From Candidatus Doudnabacteria bacterium RIFCSPHIGHO2_01_48_18 (lineage in GTDB: Bacteria > Patescibacteriota > Doudnabacteria > UBA920 > 2-01-FULL-46-14), in contig MFEF01000002.1 of assembly GCA_001777515.1 (NCBI GenBank), positions 5,354 to 69,353 of the forward strand: 64,000 nucleotides of DNA, given 5' to 3'. The translations under genes were made by a program, and so were the position numbers. The notes under the pieces were generated by a model. That model worked only from the letters and a program-made list of their open reading frames with translations. It was not told the DNA's origin and did not search any database. Positions within the stretch are counted from its first letter, which is position 1. The number at the start of each line of letters is the position of its first letter. Shown piece after piece: positions 57,734 through 64,000 of the stretch.

Positions 57734-58687
57734 CTAAAGTTGCGCGAGAGAAAGAATTTCCGTGATCTGGAACAGAACGAACATCAGATAGACTACAATA
57801 AGCACTGCTCCTTCCGCGGGAGCCAGGCGGTTTTTGTGCCGTGAAAAAATAAAAAATAGCACATAGCCCAAAATGATGATGAAAAATATCGGCGTGAAGC
57901 CGCGTGTTTCAAGCTGGAACGACCCGTGGATAAAAGTCAGAATCGCGAATAAAGCTACGTTCGTCGCGGCCGAGCCGATGTAATCGCCAAACGCGATTTC
58001 GGAATGTCGATTTTTCATCGCTCTCGCGGCGATGGTTAGTTCCGGCAGATTGGTTCCGATTGAAAGAACAAGAAGACTAATCAGCAGAGAAGGCACCCCC
58101 AGGGCTTCGGAGAGGGAAATTGTTTGCTCGACCAAGATTTTACCGGCAATGTAAATCAATATTGCTCCAATCACGATCGCGAGCAGATCCCTGCTCAGGC
58201 GGTTTTTTTTGCTGGACTGCTCGAGTTTGTCCAAAATGCGCTGTTCGCGCTGAAACAAGTTTATAAACAGCAAATAGAGAATCAAAAGCAGCCAGGCGTC
58301 AGAAATGCTAACTTGTCCATCCAGCGTTACAAAGGACGGAGCGGCGATGAGGACTAAAAAGAATAAAAGTTTTTTCAGGTCCAATTTGCGGCGGAAAGCA
58401 ATACCGCCGTTCCAGATCGCAAGCATTGGAACGATCAGCATCAAAATCACGAATGAACCGCCGATAAGGTTTCCGACAAAGATAGACGGTTTTTTATCCA
58501 GTACCGCGTTGAGACCAACCGAAATCTCAGTGAGCGAGGTTAAAAATCCCAGAATAAGGAAAGATGTGGCGAATGAGGAAATTTTGGTGCTTTTTGAAAA
58601 GCGTTCCACGCCCCTGACAATCAAGCCGGAAGCAACCCAAATGATGCATAGGCCCAAAATAAAGAAAAACAAATTCGCGATAAGCAT
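57734..58687 (-). CDS. Ca2+/cation antiporter (CaCA, YrbG-like)
   Basis: Alpha repeats TSLTE...GNLIGG and GTNLPE...GDYIGS. Confidence 0.88.
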   Translation of the reverse strand: MLIANLFFFILGLCIIWVASGLIVRGVERFSKSTKISSFATSFLILGFLTSLTEISVGLNAVLDKKPSIFVGNLIGGSFVILMLIVPMLAIWNGGIAFRRKLDLKKLLFFLVLIAAPSFVTLDGQVSISDAWLLLILYLLFINLFQREQRILDKLEQSSKKNRLSRDLLAIVIGAILIYIAGKILVEQTISLSEALGVPSLLISLLVLSIGTNLPELTIAARAMKNRHSEIAFGDYIGSAATNVALFAILTFIHGSFQLETRGFTPIFFIIILGYVLFFIFSRHKNRLAPAEGAVLIVVYLMFVLFQITEILSLAQL

Positions 58688-58713
58688 ATTTTCAATGTAC
58701 CATATTTGTGAAA

Positions 58714-58742
58714 TTGTCAAAATGCCGTAATTGTTGTATAAT
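58714..58742 (+). promoter_or_regulatory. Sigma70 promoter of the ATPase operon
   Basis: TTGTCA-17nt-TATAAT. Confidence 0.7.
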
Positions 58743-58765
58743 TTTTTTAAAAGCTAACATATTTT

Positions 58766-59299
58766 ATGGATACTGGCGCTGGCGCGATCGCTAAACTGAG
58801 CGAAGAGTTTTCCCGGCATGTCACGAACGGAAAACTTGGGCAATTTTTTCCTTCAATGCAGGCGAGTACTGCCGTGAGCATGCTTACGCGCGATCTGGAA
58901 ATGAAACGCGAATTGGGGCATTTGTCTGACGCTGAAAAGGCAATCCTCAGTCAAATTGACGATTTGTGGGAAGATATAGCTAAATATAACCAAAGCGCGG
59001 ACAAGAACACGCCGCCTCCGGCAGAACAGGTTTATAACCTCGCGGAAAGCAAAATGCAGGACGTACCGGAAGAAGCAGCGCCCCCTGCTCATCAGCCGAT
59101 TTCGTACGAGCAAGCGGATCAGATCATCGAGGGCTTGAACAAGCAGTTTGAGGAAAAAATCATGAGCAAACAGCGGCACGATTTGGAAGCTGGACGAAAT
59201 TTGCAGGAATATATGGCCGCGGTTCAAAACAAAAAACTGCGCATTCCCTTTGCTGGAGAAGAAAGCCAGATTGATTTGAGCAAGCTTAAAAGCGCGTAG
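58766..59299 (+). CDS. Hypothetical protein
   Basis: First ORF after the promoter; tight operon packing. Confidence 0.7.
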   Translation: MDTGAGAIAKLSEEFSRHVTNGKLGQFFPSMQASTAVSMLTRDLEMKRELGHLSDAEKAILSQIDDLWEDIAKYNQSADKNTPPPAEQVYNLAESKMQDVPEEAAPPAHQPISYEQADQIIEGLNKQFEEKIMSKQRHDLEAGRNLQEYMAAVQNKKLRIPFAGEESQIDLSKLKSA

Positions 59300-59300
59300 C

Positions 59301-59645
59301 GTGTATTACGATTTAGAACAAAAAATCGAAGACTATTCCGAAGAGCTGTTTATTGACCTGGGCTTGGCGACCCTCACGGAAGAAACCAAGGCTGACCTTT
59401 TCGCGCGGGTGCAAAATCATTTGCACCAGGTCATCGCGGAAATAGTTAAGCAATATTTGCCCGCCCCAGATGTCACGAAAATCAATCAAGCTCTCAGTGA
59501 AGAAGACTATCGCGCGCTCGATGTGGTCCTAAAAAATTACCCGCAGTACAAAGAGCAATTGGAAACAAAAATAGACGAAGAATTTGCAAAATTAAAACAA
59601 ACAATTTCCGAGGAACAAACGAATGCCAGACTTCAATCGAGCTAA
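59301..59645 (+). CDS. Small acidic helical protein (resembles CPR DUF5663-type)
   Basis: LFIDLGLATLTEETKADL pattern; operon packing. Confidence 0.6.
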   Translation: MYYDLEQKIEDYSEELFIDLGLATLTEETKADLFARVQNHLHQVIAEIVKQYLPAPDVTKINQALSEEDYRALDVVLKNYPQYKEQLETKIDEEFAKLKQTISEEQTNARLQSS

Positions 59646-59982
59646 AGGTGAGAAATCCGATTTTGAACACATTCCGCCACAAGAAACCAAAGACGTAGCA
59701 GAGAATTTGCCAGATGGCGCAACGGCTCAAGATCTGCAAAGCGAAGTTGTGACCGCGGAAGTTCCTTCTTTGGAACTCCCAGATATAGTAAATCCAGAAC
59801 CGGACACGGGGAATCGCGGCGAGCTCCATCCTGCATTGGTTGGAGTAAAGGGCTTGGAATTTGCCAGAAGAGTTATCTCTGAAACTGCCCGCAAAAAGGC
59901 GGTTTCAGCTGCAGACCTGGAGCAGGTCAACGACCTGCTCAGCGAGCACATAGAACAAAGAAACAAAGACCAAAATGGCTGA
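59623..59982 (+). CDS. Hypothetical acidic protein
   Basis: Overlaps both neighbours in the operon. Confidence 0.6.
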   Translation: MPDFNRAKGEKSDFEHIPPQETKDVAENLPDGATAQDLQSEVVTAEVPSLELPDIVNPEPDTGNRGELHPALVGVKGLEFARRVISETARKKAVSAADLEQVNDLLSEHIEQRNKDQNG

Positions 59983-62482
59983 ACAAATGTTTATTATTTT
60001 GCCTTGGCTGCTGGCCGCGTTAATAGTCGGCCTGGCAGCGGTTTTTTGGTACCGCGGAAAGCTGCGTCTGCGCCTCGCTGGCGAGAAACTTCTTGATTCC
60101 GTGTTCCTAGAGGTTTTGCTACCGCGCGAAAATACAGTAGCGGACAAAGAAAAAGAACCGGCCAAGGAAGAAAAAGAAATGATTGCGGTGGCGGAGCAGC
60201 TGTTTGCCACTTTGGGCCACGCGGAAAAAAGAAATTTTACTACTTTTTTGCGGGGGCACGAAACGATCAGTTTTGAGATCATAAGCGTGGACAAGAAAAT
60301 TTCTTTTTTGATCAACTGTCCGAGCCGCCTGCGCGATCTGCTGGAAAAGCAGATTCAGGCGCAATATCCGACGGCCCAGATCGACGAGGTGTTGCCGCCG
60401 AAAATCATTCGCAGTTCGGGAAAAATCGCGGCCCATGAGCTTGGACTGCAAAAAAAATACCTGTTTCCGATTAAAACCTACAAGGTCATGGAAAGCGATC
60501 CACTGAACGCGTTGGCAAACAGCCTGTCAAAACTCGGCGAAAAGGAATCAGCGGCATTACAGCTTGTGGTAGGTCCGGCGCCTTTAGGTTGGCGGGCGAA
60601 GATATTGCAGAGGGCCAGAGAAATCCAAAAAGGCCGTGACATTGAAATGCATGATGACTTTTTACTTAAAGTTCTAAATGTAATTGCCAGCGAAATCGGA
60701 GAGTTTATTTCCGGTAGCCCGCGCGGACAGAAATCTCCGCCTCCAGACGGAACCGACCCCGTGAAGGGAGCGTACAAGCAGCTCACCCCGCTTCAGCAGG
60801 ACGCTGTAAAAAAACTCGAAGAAAAGGCGTCAAAAAACGCGTTTGAGGTGAATTTGCGCGCGGTGGTATGCTCGGAAACCGCAGAAGCAGCGGCAAGCCA
60901 CATGCGTAATATCCTGGCTTCTTTTATGCAATACACGCATTCGCCGTTTAACGGCTTTCGGATTTTGCGAAAACCTCTTGCCAGGACCGCCAGGGACTAT
61001 GTGTTTCGCGCGCTGCAGGTCAAATGGCCGGGGAAAATTATTCTCAACACCGAAGAGCTGTCGAGTATATTTCATTTCCCGACAAAATACAATCAAACAC
61101 CCAATATCAAATGGCTGACGGCGAAACGCGCGCCGGCTCCTTTGAATATTCCAAAGGCCGGCTTGCTTTTGGGCATGAATAATTACCGTGGGGTCAAGAC
61201 TGAGGTCAGAATCGCCCCTGATGACCGCCGTCGGCATATGTACATTATCGGGCGCACGGGTACTGGCAAATCAGAGTTCATGAAAAACCTGGCGATTCAG
61301 GATATTCAAAACGGACAAGGACTGGCGGTTATAGATCCCCACGGTGATCTGGTTGAATCGCTCCTGCAGCACATTCCCAAAAACCGCGTTGACGATGTGG
61401 TGCTATTCGAGCCGTTTGATATGGCGCGCCCCATGGGTTTAAATATGCTCGAGGTTGATAATGACGAAGAAAAAGATTTCGCGGTCCAGGAAATGATTGA
61501 AATTTTTTACAAACTGTTTCCACCGGAAATGATCGGACCTATGTTTGAGCACAACATGAGAAATGTCATGCTAACTCTTATGGCGGACAAGCAGTATCCG
61601 GGAACGATCGCAGAAATACCACGGATGTTTACTGATCCCGAGTTTCAGCGCTATAAATTGACCAAGGTCAACGATCCGGTCGTCCGGTCTTTCTGGGAGC
61701 AGGAAATGGCCAAGACCAGTGATTTTCATAAATCAGAAATGCTGGGCTATCTGATTTCCAAGGTTGGCCGCTTCGTGGAGAACGAAATGATGCGCAATAT
61801 CATCGGACAATCGCATTCTGCTTTCAATTTCCGAAAGATCATGGACGAGGGGAAGATATTGCTCATAAATTTATCAAAAGGCAAGACGGGCGAGGTCAAC
61901 TCGAAATTGCTCGGACTGATCATTGTCTCCAAACTGCAAATGGGCGCGCTGTCGCGGTCTGACATTCCAGAAACCAGCCGCAAGGATTTTTATTTGTATA
62001 TTGACGAGTTTCAAAATTTTGTCACAGACAGTTTGGCAACCATTCTTTCCGAAGCCAGAAAATATCGCTTAAACTTGGTTATGGCCCACCAGTACATCAG
62101 CCAGCTCGTGCACGAAAACAATACCAAAATCAGAGACGCTGTTTTTGGCAATGCTGGCACAATTGTTTCATTTCGTATTGGCGTCGAGGACGCAGAAATC
62201 ATGGCTAGAGAATTCTCGCCAGTGTTCAACGATTTTGACGTGATTAATGTCGAACGGTTTCATGCTTATGTAAAACTGATGCTCAATGGCACCGCCTCGC
62301 GTTCCTTTAACCTCGAGACCATCCTCCCAGCGAGAGATGGGTCCGAATCAATGGCCGCGGCTGTCAAAAAACTCTCGAAGCTAAAATACGGCCGGTTGAG
62401 AGATGAGGTGGAAGCGGAAATTTCTCGCAACGCCCGGCTTGGCAAAATGCCAGCGGCCGCCGGCATTGAAAGAACAGTATGA
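59975..62482 (+). CDS. Membrane-anchored VirD4/TraG/HerA-like ATPase
   Basis: N-terminal TM, Walker A GRTGTGKS, IDPHGDL, Walker B LYIDEFQN, LSEARKY. Confidence 0.9.
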   Translation: MAEQMFIILPWLLAALIVGLAAVFWYRGKLRLRLAGEKLLDSVFLEVLLPRENTVADKEKEPAKEEKEMIAVAEQLFATLGHAEKRNFTTFLRGHETISFEIISVDKKISFLINCPSRLRDLLEKQIQAQYPTAQIDEVLPPKIIRSSGKIAAHELGLQKKYLFPIKTYKVMESDPLNALANSLSKLGEKESAALQLVVGPAPLGWRAKILQRAREIQKGRDIEMHDDFLLKVLNVIASEIGEFISGSPRGQKSPPPDGTDPVKGAYKQLTPLQQDAVKKLEEKASKNAFEVNLRAVVCSETAEAAASHMRNILASFMQYTHSPFNGFRILRKPLARTARDYVFRALQVKWPGKIILNTEELSSIFHFPTKYNQTPNIKWLTAKRAPAPLNIPKAGLLLGMNNYRGVKTEVRIAPDDRRRHMYIIGRTGTGKSEFMKNLAIQDIQNGQGLAVIDPHGDLVESLLQHIPKNRVDDVVLFEPFDMARPMGLNMLEVDNDEEKDFAVQEMIEIFYKLFPPEMIGPMFEHNMRNVMLTLMADKQYPGTIAEIPRMFTDPEFQRYKLTKVNDPVVRSFWEQEMAKTSDFHKSEMLGYLISKVGRFVENEMMRNIIGQSHSAFNFRKIMDEGKILLINLSKGKTGEVNSKLLGLIIVSKLQMGALSRSDIPETSRKDFYLYIDEFQNFVTDSLATILSEARKYRLNLVMAHQYISQLVHENNTKIRDAVFGNAGTIVSFRIGVEDAEIMAREFSPVFNDFDVINVERFHAYVKLMLNGTASRSFNLETILPARDGSESMAAAVKKLSKLKYGRLRDEVEAEISRNARLGKMPAAAGIERTV

Positions 62483-62907
62483 CTACCCTGAAGGAAAACA
62501 TGTCTAAAGCTGTTTGTTTGTTTTTGGCGGAAATGCTTCGCACCAGAAAGGTTAAGCTTGATCGCTGCGCAGACATTGCCGCCGAGATTGTGAATCGTTT
62601 GGAATCTATTGGCAGCGAAAAACAATTTTTGGATGCCGTAAAAGAACTGGAGTTCGAGTTTCAGGAACTAAAGACTTTAAAAAATGACTTGCTTCAGGTT
62701 ACCAGCATGAGTTCGCGCCAGCAAATGGAACAAATTGTCAGAGAATACGCGATTCAAATTTTGCCCCATGATCCGAAACAGTCTATATTGCTGTTAGAAG
62801 AAGCGCTCAAAAGTGAAAGTACGCTTATTAGCCTCTCGAAGCGGTTTCCGGCTTTCGCTAAGTTCGCCGAAGACTACCTTGAAAGTAACAAAAAAATACA
62901 TGCATGA
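62479..62907 (+). CDS. Hypothetical protein
   Basis: ATGA overlap with the ATPase stop. Confidence 0.7.
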   Translation: MTTLKENMSKAVCLFLAEMLRTRKVKLDRCADIAAEIVNRLESIGSEKQFLDAVKELEFEFQELKTLKNDLLQVTSMSSRQQMEQIVREYAIQILPHDPKQSILLLEEALKSESTLISLSKRFPAFAKFAEDYLESNKKIHA

Positions 62908-63070
62908 TGAGCAACCAGAGAAATTGGACGATAACATAGAGACCAGTCCGGAAAAGGATGGCACATTACATATGGAATGGGCGAGTCGCCTTGAGCATCC
63001 CGAAAGCGCTTTTTGGCACTCTTTGAGGGATTTGGCCATGCGTTCCGTTCGTTTTTGGAAAAGACATTGA
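62900..63070 (+). CDS. Possible small hypothetical protein (56 aa)
   Basis: Start overlaps the previous stop; fills the gap up to the next promoter. Confidence 0.4.
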   Translation: MHDEQPEKLDDNIETSPEKDGTLHMEWASRLEHPESAFWHSLRDLAMRSVRFWKRH

Positions 63071-63096
63071 CGCCGGCGAGATTTAGAGTTATAATA
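63068..63096 (+). promoter_or_regulatory. Sigma70 promoter
   Basis: TTGACG-17nt-TATAAT. Confidence 0.7.
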
Positions 63097-63150
63097 ACAA
63101 TACTGTTTTCTGACAGTCTTTGATACAAAATTTCAAATTAATACAAAACT

Positions 63151-63756
63151 GTGGATAAACTATCAAATTTAGCGCTTTTGGCGCAAATGCTAGAAAGCGC
63201 GGAAAAAAACATTCAATCTGCGAAACAAATCCTAAGGGAAATAATGGGGTCAAAAGCCCCAATTTCTGCTATTGCTGAAAAGGCGAAAACTGTTTCCATT
63301 AGCGGGGGTGGTAAAATCATTGAAGGCGTGTTTGATGGACAAAATATGATGGGCCCTGACGGCAAGAAATACCCGGTCCCGGCAAACTACGCTTCAAAAT
63401 CAAAACTAGTCGAGGGTGATGTGTTAAAGCTGACAATATCAGACGACGGTTCTTTCATTTACAAGCAAATTGGTCCGGTGGAGCGCGAAAAGAAACTCGG
63501 CATCCTGTCACAAACCGAAAACGGAGAATACCGCGTTATCGTGGACGGCAAGAGCCACCGCGTACTACTTGCGTCTTTGACCTATTTCAAGGCTGAGCCA
63601 GGTGACGAGGTCGCGATCGTTGTGCCTCAGGGTCAGGACAGCGAATGGGCGGCTGTAGAAAATGTTATTAAGCATGACGGTACGCCTGGTCCGGGAGCGA
63701 TCGCTGACAGTCCAAAGCCAGACGAAGATATTGACAGAGATTTGGACCTTGAATAG
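63151..63756 (+). CDS. Conserved CPR hypothetical protein
   Basis: IEGVFDGQNM...YPVPANYASKSKLVEGD motif recalled from CPR proteomes. Confidence 0.75.
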   Translation: MDKLSNLALLAQMLESAEKNIQSAKQILREIMGSKAPISAIAEKAKTVSISGGGKIIEGVFDGQNMMGPDGKKYPVPANYASKSKLVEGDVLKLTISDDGSFIYKQIGPVEREKKLGILSQTENGEYRVIVDGKSHRVLLASLTYFKAEPGDEVAIVVPQGQDSEWAAVENVIKHDGTPGPGAIADSPKPDEDIDRDLDLE

Positions 63757-64000
63757 ATGAGGTTTGCCGCAAAAGATTTTTGGTCGAGCATTATCACCGG
63801 GTTTATCACCGGCGTCATTGCCTGGAAAATCGCGGATTTTTTGGAGGTCCAAAGGGTCGGCGATTTTTCATTTGCTTGGCTTACTGTCCTCGTGCCAGTG
63901 TGCTGGATAATCGGTGTCAATTTTGGATATTTTCTGGGACAGAAGATCGCTTTTTTTAATCAGTTTGGCAAATTTGTCGCAGTTGGTTTTACTAATGCTG
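63757..64000 (+). CDS. GtrA-family membrane protein, partial
   Basis: Open frame to the window end; QFGKFVAVGFTNA is a typical GtrA start. Confidence 0.75.
   Translation, partial: MRFAAKDFWSSIITGFITGVIAWKIADFLEVQRVGDFSFAWLTVLVPVCWIIGVNFGYFLGQKIAFFNQFGKFVAVGFTNA

Overview
Core chromosomal segment of a small-genome bacterium. Gene content suggests Patescibacteria/CPR, probably the Parcubacteria group (inference from short AlaS, archaeal-type cupin PGI and UMP kinase, DUF4012, a lone VirD4/HerA-like ATPase, and leaderless promoters). It holds a surface-glycan cluster, the infA-rpmJ-rpsM-rpsK-rpsD-rpoA-rplQ-rplM-rpsI block, four aminoacyl-tRNA synthetases, scattered peptidoglycan/division genes, dnaB/recR, PolX and two CorA genes. 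The standout is a two-gene minus-strand operon (51517-54420): a signal-peptide/2xLysM/single-TM protein followed by a highly divergent, C-terminally extended FtsZ/tubulin homologue. Other notable signals: two identical inverted copies of a 109-bp MITE-like element, each beside internally deleted gene remnants; palindromic and 7-mer repeats embedded in reading frames; a candidate sRNA/10-aa peptide unit at about 20290-20490; and a split between leaderless core genes and strong-SD divergent accessory genes. No tRNA, rRNA, CRISPR array or transposase was recognised by eye. Family assignments come from motif recognition, not database searches.
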